A stretch of 64,000 nt of DNA from an uncultured Bacteroidia bacterium. GTDB lineage: Bacteria; Bacteroidota; Bacteroidia; J057; CALDDN01. The translations under genes were made by a program, and so were the position numbers. The notes beneath the pieces were generated by a model. The model did not search any database, was not told where the DNA came from, and saw only the letters and a list, made by a program, of their open reading frames with translations. Shown here piece after piece: positions 16,695 through 27,000 of this stretch (position 1 is its first letter; every line of letters begins with the position of its first letter). The stretch lies in the NCBI GenBank assembly GCA_937936615.1, contig CALDDN010000007.1, forward strand, positions 4,029 through 68,028, given 5' to 3'.

Positions 16695-18818
16695 GTGGAG
16701 TTAACCTTGGCTGAACACGCGTACCGGGCGGGCCTGCTGGCGGCCCTCATGGAGATCGATCTGGTGTTTGGCTTGGTGGTTACGCTGATTCTGAGTGCAT
16801 CGGTAGCAACAGCCATCCGGTTCTATTTCAAGAATCGAATCCTGCAGATTCGGATCAACCACTTTCAGGAAGAGCTGCGCCATTGCGAGGAACAGATCGA
16901 GCTGCAACAGCAGGCCCTCAATGCCCAGGCACTCGAAATCGACACGCTCGACCAGATTGTCCGTGTGGTCAACAAGGACATCCAGTTCGACAAAGTTTTG
17001 CGTAACCTGCTGCTGCAGGGCGTCGAACTGATTCCGCAGGCCGAAAGCGGAGCCTTCCTCGTCTACGACGACGACACGGATGCATTCCGCATCGGAGCGG
17101 CCTTCGGCTATGAACTCAATCAGGTCAGCGAACTGAGCTTTTCGATCGAGGAGGCCCTCCAACGCTACTCCCTGCCCTCGGAGCAGATCAACGAGGGGGT
17201 GTTTGTGGTACAGAACATCAACGCCGACCGCGCGGCCAGCCATAAACTGGGTCACCTGCCCCAGCCCGTTTCGATGCTGTCGATGACCTTCGTAGTCAAA
17301 GGCGAGCTGTTGGGCTTCGTTATTTTCGACAACTTCAGCGACCCCCACGCCTTCCGCGCCGAAGACCTGACGCGTATGCTGCGCTTTCGCGATCATGCCG
17401 TGCCGGCCTTTACCAAAGCCTGGTTCATGCGGGCCATCCAGCAGAAAGCCAACGAACTGGCCCGCCTCGAAGAAATCATCAAGATCATCAACCTGGAGGT
17501 AGAGTTCGAGCGGGTGCTCTACGCCCTGCTCGAACAGGGGCTCGAGCTCATCCCCCAAGCCGAAAAAGGCGCGTTTCTCATCCTCAACACCCAGGATCAG
17601 ACCTTCCGCATTGCAGCGGTGCTCGGCTATCAGGCTACGATCGTCAACTCCTTCCAGCTCAGCTGGGAGGAAGCCCTGATGCGCTATGCACCCGACGGCT
17701 CGCAAATCAACGAGGGAGTCTATATCCTCAAGCGGGAGGAAATCCGCCCGTCGATGAACGAGGCCCTCCGTTCGGTGGAGCTGCCTCTCTCGATGCTGGC
17801 CATGACCGTGCACCTCGACGGGGAACTGGCCGGCTTTATCATTCTGGACAACTTCAAAGACCGCGAAGCCTTCTCGAATTCCGACATCCAGAAGCTGCTG
17901 CGCTTCCGCGACCACGCCGTGGCCGCTTTCGCCAAGGCCCGCTACCTCAATGAGATTCAATCCCAGAAGACCAAGCTCGAAAAAACCTACGAGCTGCTCA
18001 AAAAGAAAAACGATGACCTGCAGCTGGCCAATGCCATCATCGAGGACAAAAACCGCGACATCACCGACAGCATCCGCTACGCCCGCCGCATCCAGGAGGC
18101 TATCATGCCTCGGGCGGACGAACTCAATGCCTATTTCCCTGACTCCTTTGTCTTTTACCGGCCCAAGGACATCGTTTCGGGAGATTTTTACTGGTTTACC
18201 TACAAGCGAGGCTATGTCATCTTTGCGGTCGTCGATTGCACAGGGCACGGCGTGCCGGGCGCGTTCATGAGCGTGATGGGCAGCACCCTGCTCAATAACA
18301 TCGTCCACGTACAGGGCATCCTCTCAGCTTCTGAAATTCTCGATGCCCTCAACCAAAATGTGAAGACGATGCTCAACCAGAGTGCCGACGGCCAGCACAG
18401 CAACGACGGCATGGATCTGGGGCTGGGAGTCTACGATCCGGCTACCCGTACCCTGAGCTACGCCGGTGCCAACCGGCCCCTCTACCGCTTCCACCGTGGC
18501 GAGCTGATCGAGTTGCGGGGCGACAAATTCCCCATTGGCAACAACCCTTTGTCCGAGGATGACTCCTTTACGGGCCATCAGATCGAGCTGGAGGTTGGCG
18601 ACGTGCTCTACCTGACCACCGACGGCTATCAGGACCAGTTCGGCCACATCAACAACCGCAAGTTCACCTCGCGCAAGCTCAAAGACCTGCTCATTGAAAT
18701 TCACACCTACCCTATGAGTGAGCAACGCAAAATCGTCGAGCAGGTTATCCGCGACTGGATGGGCAGCAATCCCCAAACCGACGACATGCTCATCATGGGG
18801 ATTCGAATCTCGAGCTAG
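16695..18818 (+). CDS. membrane-anchored 2xGAF + SpoIIE/PP2C phosphatase
   Basis: 707 aa with a GTG start (an alternative ATG lies at 16749). The N-terminal TM helix is LVFGLVVTLILSASVATAIRFYF. Two internally similar GAF-like modules are present, each ending in LRFRDHAVxAFxKA. The PP2C motifs SGDFYWF, VVDCTGHGVPGA, GMDLGLG, TTDGYQDQ and QTDDMLIMG are intact. Confidence 0.85.
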   Translation: MELTLAEHAYRAGLLAALMEIDLVFGLVVTLILSASVATAIRFYFKNRILQIRINHFQEELRHCEEQIELQQQALNAQALEIDTLDQIVRVVNKDIQFDKVLRNLLLQGVELIPQAESGAFLVYDDDTDAFRIGAAFGYELNQVSELSFSIEEALQRYSLPSEQINEGVFVVQNINADRAASHKLGHLPQPVSMLSMTFVVKGELLGFVIFDNFSDPHAFRAEDLTRMLRFRDHAVPAFTKAWFMRAIQQKANELARLEEIIKIINLEVEFERVLYALLEQGLELIPQAEKGAFLILNTQDQTFRIAAVLGYQATIVNSFQLSWEEALMRYAPDGSQINEGVYILKREEIRPSMNEALRSVELPLSMLAMTVHLDGELAGFIILDNFKDREAFSNSDIQKLLRFRDHAVAAFAKARYLNEIQSQKTKLEKTYELLKKKNDDLQLANAIIEDKNRDITDSIRYARRIQEAIMPRADELNAYFPDSFVFYRPKDIVSGDFYWFTYKRGYVIFAVVDCTGHGVPGAFMSVMGSTLLNNIVHVQGILSASEILDALNQNVKTMLNQSADGQHSNDGMDLGLGVYDPATRTLSYAGANRPLYRFHRGELIELRGDKFPIGNNPLSEDDSFTGHQIELEVGDVLYLTTDGYQDQFGHINNRKFTSRKLKDLLIEIHTYPMSEQRKIVEQVIRDWMGSNPQTDDMLIMGIRISS

Positions 18819-18885
18819 CCTTTAAAAGTGGCCAAGCAGCGTCAGCTGCAGCTGGCAGATCCAGGCTTCTGATGGTCGGACACAC

Positions 18886-18924
18886 AAAAAAAACGGCGTA
18901 TCTTTTTCAGTACGCCGTTTTTTT
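18886..18924. terminator. bidirectional intrinsic terminator
   Basis: The stem ACGGCGTA (18893-18900) pairs with TACGCCGT (18911-18918). It is flanked by an A-run on the 5' side and TTTTTT (18919-18924) on the 3' side. It lies between convergent genes. Confidence 0.8.
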
Positions 18925-18946
18925 GACAGAAAGTCTTTAGCCCTCT

Positions 18947-20662
18947 TTAGTTGCTGATCATAACCTTGCCAGTCGAAACGAGGTTGCCGCTGCGTACGCT
19001 GTAGAGGTACGCGCCTTGGGGTAGGCCCGCCAAGTCGACGCGCTGACTGGTGGTTCCCGCAGGCAGCTGACCGAAATCGAGCGTCCGCACGGTGCGGCCT
19101 GCCAGGTCAGTCAGTTCAAAGCGGGCATCGGCAGCTTGAACTTGGGTCCACGTCAGGTTGAGGGCTTCGCGGACGGGATTGGGATAGGCCGAGAACTGAG
19201 CCAAAGGCTGGGCACCCGATTTGCGCGAGACCGTCGCCGTTGGCAGCTGGGTTACGCTGCCATTGGGAAGGGCCAGGAAGAGGCCAAAAGCAGGCCCGTC
19301 CTGATTCTGGCTCGGATCGAAGAATCCGGAAGCAAAGACGATGCCCGCAGCACCACGCGCGTTGGAGAGATCGGCCTCGAAAGCAGCCACGGCCTCGGGT
19401 GCACCAGCGGGTTTGAGGTCGATGATGTACTTGGCCGGCGGAACCGAAAGGTAGTTTCGGCTGAATTCGCCGTACTTGATGTTGGAGACGAGTGCCCCCA
19501 CGCCGCGACCTACAACATCGACAGCCGGAGCGTCGGTCGATCCGTGAAAGACAAGAAATTCGACGTTGTCGGCATTTTCGGCCTGAAGGCGCATGGGGGT
19601 GAAGTTGAAGATGGCTACGGCGATATCCTCGCTATTGGGATTGGGCGCAAACTTGGCAGGATCGGCTACACCGTTGATGATGGCAACATACGAATTGGCG
19701 GCCTCAAATTCTTCGAGGTCGAATTCGACCAGTTTTTCATCGCCACCATAAACTTCGATAGTCAGGGGTGTTTCAGCCGGCAGCAGGGGCAAGGCCGGTG
19801 TGGCTTGGCGGAAGGCTACGGGCAGACGTATGGGCAGCAGGTCGAGATCGGGCAGAGCCGTGGGCCGGATGCTGACGCTTACATTCGCCAAAGCCGGATC
19901 GGCGGCGTTGTGAATGGCCTGCACCGTGGCATTGGGCCAGTTGAGAGGCAGCACGTCGCCATTGGGTAGTACGGCCACCAGACGGATGATGTTGGTCGAA
20001 CCGGCCGCGTTGGGGTTGACGTAGCCGGTGGCTGCCACCAATACACCTTGGCCGCCAAGGTTTGCCGCAGGCAGCAGCCAGGTAAAGACGCGGGTCTGAT
20101 CGGCAACATTCGGGCTCTCGCCAACGGTCAGCGTAACGCTGTAGTTATCGGCAGGAACCTGCAGTACTTCGGTGCTCTGGCCGTAGGCCAGCTGGCGGAA
20201 GAGCTGGATTGTGCCGTTGGCCACGCCGTTGACGGTCGGGGCATCGGTCGCGCCATGGTACACGGTAACGGCCACGTTATCGCCTTCGGCGGTTGGGGTG
20301 GCCGGCACGGCCACGACGTCGAGGGGCGTCGTTTCCGAACCGGGCGTACCCGTGGCGATGAGGTACAGTACAGCATCGGCGGGTACATCGGCGAACTCCT
20401 TGCGCAGCAGGGCTTGGGTGCTTGCGTCGCTGTTGGGTGGCTTGATTTCCACAATGAAGGTGCTGGTTCCACTAAAGTCGAGGAACATAGTAGCATTCAG
20501 GTACTCGAAGTTGGGAATGGCTTTTTCGCCATTGACCCAGACATCGACGGCTGCAGCAGCAGGAGCAGCCACGTTGTGGAAAACCTGCAGGCGTTGGGCC
20601 AGCAGGGCTGGCATGCCAGCAAGCAGACACAGGATAAGCAGCAATAAGTTTTTCTTCAACAT
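18947..20662 (-). CDS. DUF4397 repeat protein with T9SS C-terminal sorting domain
   Basis: 571 aa with the signal peptide MLKKNLLLLILCLLAGMPALLAQ. Strand motifs recur: FHNVAAPAAAAVDVWV, VYHGATDAPTV, IHNAADPALANVSV and FHGSTDAPAVDV. The C-terminus (YPNPVREALNLTW...GAYLYSV...GKVMISN) looks like a Por/T9SS sorting domain. Confidence 0.8.
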   Translation of the reverse strand: MLKKNLLLLILCLLAGMPALLAQRLQVFHNVAAPAAAAVDVWVNGEKAIPNFEYLNATMFLDFSGTSTFIVEIKPPNSDASTQALLRKEFADVPADAVLYLIATGTPGSETTPLDVVAVPATPTAEGDNVAVTVYHGATDAPTVNGVANGTIQLFRQLAYGQSTEVLQVPADNYSVTLTVGESPNVADQTRVFTWLLPAANLGGQGVLVAATGYVNPNAAGSTNIIRLVAVLPNGDVLPLNWPNATVQAIHNAADPALANVSVSIRPTALPDLDLLPIRLPVAFRQATPALPLLPAETPLTIEVYGGDEKLVEFDLEEFEAANSYVAIINGVADPAKFAPNPNSEDIAVAIFNFTPMRLQAENADNVEFLVFHGSTDAPAVDVVGRGVGALVSNIKYGEFSRNYLSVPPAKYIIDLKPAGAPEAVAAFEADLSNARGAAGIVFASGFFDPSQNQDGPAFGLFLALPNGSVTQLPTATVSRKSGAQPLAQFSAYPNPVREALNLTWTQVQAADARFELTDLAGRTVRTLDFGQLPAGTTSQRVDLAGLPQGAYLYSVRSGNLVSTGKVMISN

Positions 20663-21016
20663 TGGATTTAGAAGTATTTAGGGTTGAAATCGAAAGAATG
20701 AAGATGATTGTAATGGCTTTGCTCGAATCAGAAATGGATACCTACGGAACGTTTGATTGAATTTTCAGAATACAAATCAAACCCCATTGACTCGGCCATC
20801 GTTCAATTGCCGAACGCGAACAGTCGTTTTCAAGACCTGAGCGGTTCAAATTTCGAGCTGATCGGTTAACAGAGTCTGGCACCTGAAACCGAATTCCAGC
20901 CACCCAATTTTAAAGTTTGGAAATCTTTCTGTTAAGTTTTATATTGGCCAACGTTATCAAAGTAATCAATAGTTTGATATCAATTGCATTTGCTACACTC
21001 GATTTGCTTATGAAAA
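20663..21016. promoter_or_regulatory. AT-rich divergent intergenic region between the two T9SS cargo genes
   Basis: 354 bp, markedly AT-rich relative to its flanks. The palindrome TTGATATCAA (20974-20983) lies 34 nt upstream of the ATG at 21017. Confidence 0.4.
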
Positions 21017-24000
21017 ATGATTTACTCAAGAGTTACCAATTTTTTAGTGTTAGTGCTGATGGGGCTGTTTCTTGGGGGGGTACCCATCGGAATGATTGCA
21101 CTGGCACAAGAACCCGGAACCAGTTCCTATGGTAGCCACATCATCCCCCTGAAGGGGGATGCCGCCCATATCCACACTTCCGACAACAGCTTTTCCAACA
21201 GCTACAGCGGCAACGCCTGCGGCCTCAACTACACCATGGCCTCGGCTGTATTGCAGCAGCGGTACGTTACCCTGCGTGGAGTCAATCAGCCGGCGGATCT
21301 GCCCATTAGCAACCTGCCCTGTGCCGATAACCTGCGCATCGAACGGGCCTTCCTCTACTGGACGGTCGAAACGAACCAGCTCTTCGGCCAGACGGTGCGC
21401 CTGACCAACCCCCAGGGAAACGAGCAGACGTTCCCGGCTTCGGAAATCGGACAGGCCAGCCCGGGCAAATGCTGGGGCTGCAACTACACCCGTACGTTTC
21501 GGGCCGATGTTACCAGCCACATCACCGGCAACGGAACCTACCGCGTTCAGGGCCTGCCGGTCGGCGTTACCTGCGATGCCAACGGCGGCGATACCGACGG
21601 CGTGCTGCTGCTCATCGTCTTTCGCGATCTTTCGGCCACCTGGCAGGGCCATCTGCGCATCTTCGATGGAATCATGGTGCGCAACAACGGCTCCGCCCAG
21701 CAGAACATCACCGGCCTGAGCTTTTGCGCCCCCCCTACCAACGCACGGGGATTTGTAGGCGTAGCCGATTTGCAGCTCAACACCCAGCCCGTCTGGACGG
21801 CTACCATCAACGGCCAGACCCACGGCCTCAACGCCCGCTTTTTTAACATCGAAGAACGACCCGTAACCCTCAATCAGACCCAGACCAGCTCCGAATTTGG
21901 CATGCATACTGCCGCCGACTGCTATGCGTTCTTTATGGCAGGCCTCTACTGGCAGACTACGGGCTGCCAGACCTGCGGCCAGCAGTCGAACTTCACGGTT
22001 ACAGGAGGCGCCTCCGTTTGCGCAGGCGATGCCAGCGGCCCCACCCTCAGTTTTTCAGGCCCCGCCAACCGGATCGACACGTGGGAAGCCTCGACCAATA
22101 GCGGAGCCAGCTGGACGCCGCTCAATGTATCGACGGCATCCTATCTCCCCCCCGTACCTGCCGTTACCACCTGGTATCGCGTGCGGCTGACGGCAGCTGC
22201 CTGCCCTGCCAGCTTCACCAACCACACCGTTATTACCGTAACCAGTCCACCCGAGGCCGGAACCCTCAACGGAGGCGGACCAGCCTGCGGCAACCAGGCT
22301 CCCCCACCGCTGACGCTCTCGGGTCATACAGGAACGCTGAGCCGCTGGGAAGTTTCGACCGACTGCCCGGCCTTCACAACCTTTACTACCGTTGCGGCTG
22401 CCGGCCCCAGCTGGCAACCCCCACCGGCAACGGCTGCCCGCTGCGTACGGGCACGAATCACCAGCGGCAACTGCCCCGCAGTAACCAGCGGGGTGGTCAA
22501 CCTGCCCTGGGAAAGCGACGGCCCCAGTGGCACCCTGACCGGCCCGACCACCGTCTGTAGCGACGCCCGCGACATCCGCCTGACCCTGACCAACAGCAGC
22601 CTGACCGTGTTGCGCTGGGAGTTCTCTGCCAATTGTCCGGCTTTTTCGTCGCCTCAGACCATCGCGCACACGCAGGCAGTTCTCGATCTGCCAACGCCCC
22701 CACCAACCACCCGCTGCTACCGCGTCATCCAGGCAGGAGCCATCTGCGCCGAACGGGCTTCCAGTGTGCTGACCCTGAGCGTAGAGCCGGCTTCAATCAG
22801 CGGAAACCTGACCGGCCCCAGCACCACCTGCCCCGGCAATGCTCTGACTCCCCTGAGCCTGAGCGGCCACCAAGGCAACGTCGTGCGCTGGGAAGAATCG
22901 GAAGACTGCTTTACGTCAACAGTCCTGACGGTGCTCAACCTCACGAGCACAAGCTACACTCCGCCGCCGCTGAGCCGCGACCGCTGCTGGCGCGTCATTG
23001 TTCAGCGGGGCAACTGCCCGCCCGTAGTTACCCTGCCCCACCGCATCGAAGTGGTAAACTCGCAGCTGGGAGGGGTGCTGACTCCAGCTCAATCCAGCCT
23101 CTGCCAGGGGCAAGGTGCCCCCCTACTGACTCTGCAGGGAGTTTCAGGCACGATCCTGCGATGGGAACGATCGACCGACAGCGGCCAGACCTGGACCAGC
23201 TTTGCCCATACCCAGCATACCTACCAGCCCCCCAATCTGAACCAAACGACCTGGTACCGCGCCATCAGCACGGGTATCACCTGCCCCGAGCTGCGTTCCG
23301 AAGAAGCCCGCATCCAGGTCAATCCCGCCTCGGTCGGGGGGGAGCTGCAAGCCGACCGCCGCATCTGTCAAGGTCAGACCAGCGGGCTGCTCAGCCTGAT
23401 CGGCCAACAAGGTGAAGTTGTGCGCTGGGAGCAATCCACCAATGGCGGCCAGACCTGGACCCCGCTGGCCCTGACCCTTACCAGTTGGACGAGTGGAAAC
23501 CTTATGGCCGACATCCGTTACCGGGTAGTCGTACAGAGTGGGGCCTGCCCGCCCGCCACCAGCACCGAGGCGCGTATCACAGTGGACGAACCCACCCTCG
23601 GAGGCGAGGTAAGCCCCGACCGCACCGTTTGCCCGAATGCCAATTCGGGCCTACTGACCCTCAATCGGCACCGAGGCACCGTGCTCTACTGGGAGCGGCG
23701 CGTTTCGCCGGCTGCCAACTGGACGAGCTTTGCCCACACGCAAGCCACATACGAATATCAGAATCTGGGACAAACGACCGAGTACCGTGCCATCGTTGCA
23801 AACGGAACCTGCGACACCTTGGCCAGCACCAGTGCCCGCATCACCGTACTGAATCCGCCCGTACCCGGCCAGCTGGGACCAGCCCAAACCCTGTGCCCGG
23901 GGCAGCCGGTACAAATTCTGAATCTGACCGGTCATGTGGGTCAGATCGTCCGGTGGGAAACTTCGATCGACGGCGGCCAGACCTGGCAAAGCGTCAACCA

Positions 24001-27000
24001 CACGGGCATGAGCTGGCTCCCCCCGCAACCAAGCCAGACCACCCGCTACCGCGTGGCCCTGCGTACCGGTCAATGTCCCGAATCCTACAGCCCCCAGACC
24101 GAAGTCCGCACCGACGGGCAGCGGCCCAATGGCAGGCTTGGCGGCACACTCGCCGTATGCCGCGGCCAAAACAGCGGTACCCTGACCCTGACCAACTTCC
24201 AGGGAACGGTTATTCACTGGGAGCGATCGAGCGACGGCGGCCAAAGCTGGACAACCCTCAGCCAAAACGCAACGACGCTGGCCTATCTGAACCTGGTTAC
24301 CGAAACCCGCTACCGTGTTCTGCTCGCTTTTCCACCCTGTCCCAACGAGTATTCGGATACCTTGGTCGTTAGGATGCTCGAACCGGTATCCGGAGGAAGC
24401 GTGAGCGGACCAGCCCGCTGGTGTACCACGCAAGGATCGCCCATACTGACCCTGAGTGGCCACACTGGCCAGGTACTGCACTGGGAAGAAGCTCCCGACT
24501 GCCAGTTTGCCCCCCCCCAAACACTCAGCCACAGTGGAGCCACCCTCAACCCCACGCCTGCCGGTAACCGACGCTGCTACCGCGCTGCCATTCAGGGAGC
24601 CAGCAGCTGCCCGCTCGTCTACAGCCAGCCCCACGCCATCGACTACGACAGCCCCAGCCCTGCGGGTCAGATCAGCCCCGACCAGTCCGTCTGCCAAGGT
24701 TCCGAGGCCGTACCGATCACTGTGCTGGGAATTAATGGCCAAATTTTATTCTGGGAAAAATCGACCGATCAGTTCAGCTCCGATATCACGCTGCTCAATC
24801 ACACCCAGAACAGCCTGTCGCCCGATGCCCAAAATCCGGCCTGCTACCGCGCCGTTCACCGGACAGGCATTTGCCCACCGCAACGCAGTCCGGCTTCTTG
24901 CGTAAGCATTTTGCCTGCTCCCCCTAGCGGTGCAGTAACGGGTGCGGATACGATCTGCGTAGGCACCTCGGGTCTGGTGCTGCGCCTGGAGGGACAGCAA
25001 GGGCAGGTAATCGACTGGCAGGCCTCATCCGATGGATTCACAAACGACATTCAGACGGTTCTAGCAGGCTCCTCCACCACCTACACCACTGGGCCAATCC
25101 TCAGGCGAACCTGCTTCCGTGCCCGGGTGCAGGCTGAGGGTTGCGCCCCCCTGCCATCGGAAGCTGCCTGCATCACCGTAGACGACTCGACCCAAGGCGG
25201 ATCTGTCGAAGGGGCCGGCCGCTGGTGCCTCGAAAGCCAGCCCCAAACCCTGACTTTGACCGGCTCTCGTGGTTCAGTATTGTTCTGGGAACAAGCTGCC
25301 GATTTCAGCCAGAATTCTACGATTACCTTTTCGCACACAGATTCTTTTTTTAATACAAAAAAAGAAAATACAACCTATTGCTACCGTGCATGGGTGCAGA
25401 ATGGGCGATGCCCCAGCCGACCTTCAGCTGCAGCCTGCGTAATCGTGGATGCAGCCAGCAGAGCGGGCAGCCTCTCCGGACCTGCGGAGTTCTGTCAGAG
25501 CGAGCTGCCCTTAACCTGGCACATTGCCGGGCATACCGGAATGGTCATCTACTGGGAACGCCGACCCGCGATAGGCCCCCCGCTACCACTGCCACCCTCG
25601 GGCGACAGCCTGCGCCTGCCGGCCTTCGAAGTCGGATCATGTCTGCGGGCGTGGGTGCAGCAGGGGAGCTGTCCGCCCGAAGCCACCGACTGGTTCTGCC
25701 CGACCGTCCATCAGCCACCCCTTGCAGGTACGATCATCGGCCCCGGCGAAGTCTGCCGGGGCGAGGTACCCCAGCTGCGCCTCGTCGGCTTCGCGGGCAA
25801 CATCCTGCGCTGGGAAAGCTCGACCGATAACTTCCAGCAACAGATTCTCACCCTAGCGGGTGGTACTGAACGACCCGGCGTGTCCATGCCGCTGTCGCGG
25901 ACATGCTACCGTGCAGCAGTGGGACGGGGCACCTGTACCGATGTGCTGAGCCTGCCGCTCTGCGTCGAGGTACGCCAGCCGCCGGCAGTCGGTACGATCG
26001 CGGGTGCCGGTATGGTCTGCAAAGGAGCCAACAGCGGGGCGTTACGTTTGATCGATCCGGCTGGCCTGCCCCTCTTCTGGCAGATTTCCGAAGATTCGCT
26101 CTTTGGTCAATTTCAGACCGCCGGATCGGGCCAGCTCATGCTGATTTACCAGAACCTGACGCGCAATACCTGGTACCGTGCCGTGTTTGCTGGCGATGCC
26201 GTCTGTCCGCTATTTTATACGCCTGCCGTTCAGATCGCCGTGGTAGAGCCCAGCATCAACGCCGAGCTGACCCCTGTCCGCTGTGCAGGCGAGGGTAATG
26301 CCCGTATCGTGGCCAATCCCAGCGGAGGTCTGCCCGCCACCAGCGAACCGCCCTACCGCATCGACTGGGTACCGCAGCCACCTCGGCTGTCGCCTGATGC
26401 CTACACCGGCAGCGAACTGCCCCCGGGCATCTGGTGCCTGCACCTGACCGATGGCCTCGGCTGCCGCGCCGATACCTGCATCGCAGTGGTCGATCCGCCC
26501 ATTTTTTCTGTTTTCATAAACGAAAACGCAAATCTCTCGTGCTTCGAATCCCAAAACGGGGTAATCGAAATCGGAACGCAAGGCGGGGTGCTGCCCTACC
26601 GTTTCACGTGGCCCGATGGCGACGGCCCGGCCCGCCGCAACGACCTGGCTGCCGGCAGCTACAGCCCCACCGTTACCGATGCCAACGGCTGCCCCCGCGT
26701 GGCAGGGCCAGTCGTGCTGACACAACCCAGTCCGATTGTCGTAAATCTGTCGTACATCGAGCCGGTGCGATGCGCGGGCCGTGCCGAGGGAGCCATCGGC
26801 ATTCATGTATCGGGTGGCGCATGGGGCTTCCGTTACCGCTGGTCGAATGGGGCGACTACGGAAGATGTGGCGGGCCTGCGTGCGGGGCTGCACGTGCTGA
26901 CCATCACCGACCAGACGGGCTGCGTACGCATCGACAGCTTTATTGTACCCGAGCCACCGCCTCTGCAGATCGAAACGCTGCTGATCCGCGAGCCGACTTG

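Noticed and set aside
16701-18308. A 535-aa minus-strand ORF lies antisense to the 2xGAF-PP2C gene.
   Set aside because: The same reasoning applies. The plus-strand protein has clear GAF and PP2C motifs, while the antisense product has none.
20917-21135. A 72-aa ORF overlaps the start of the giant adhesin gene.
   Set aside because: It has a TTG start in AT-rich promoter DNA and runs out of frame into the adhesin's signal-peptide region. Nothing supports it.
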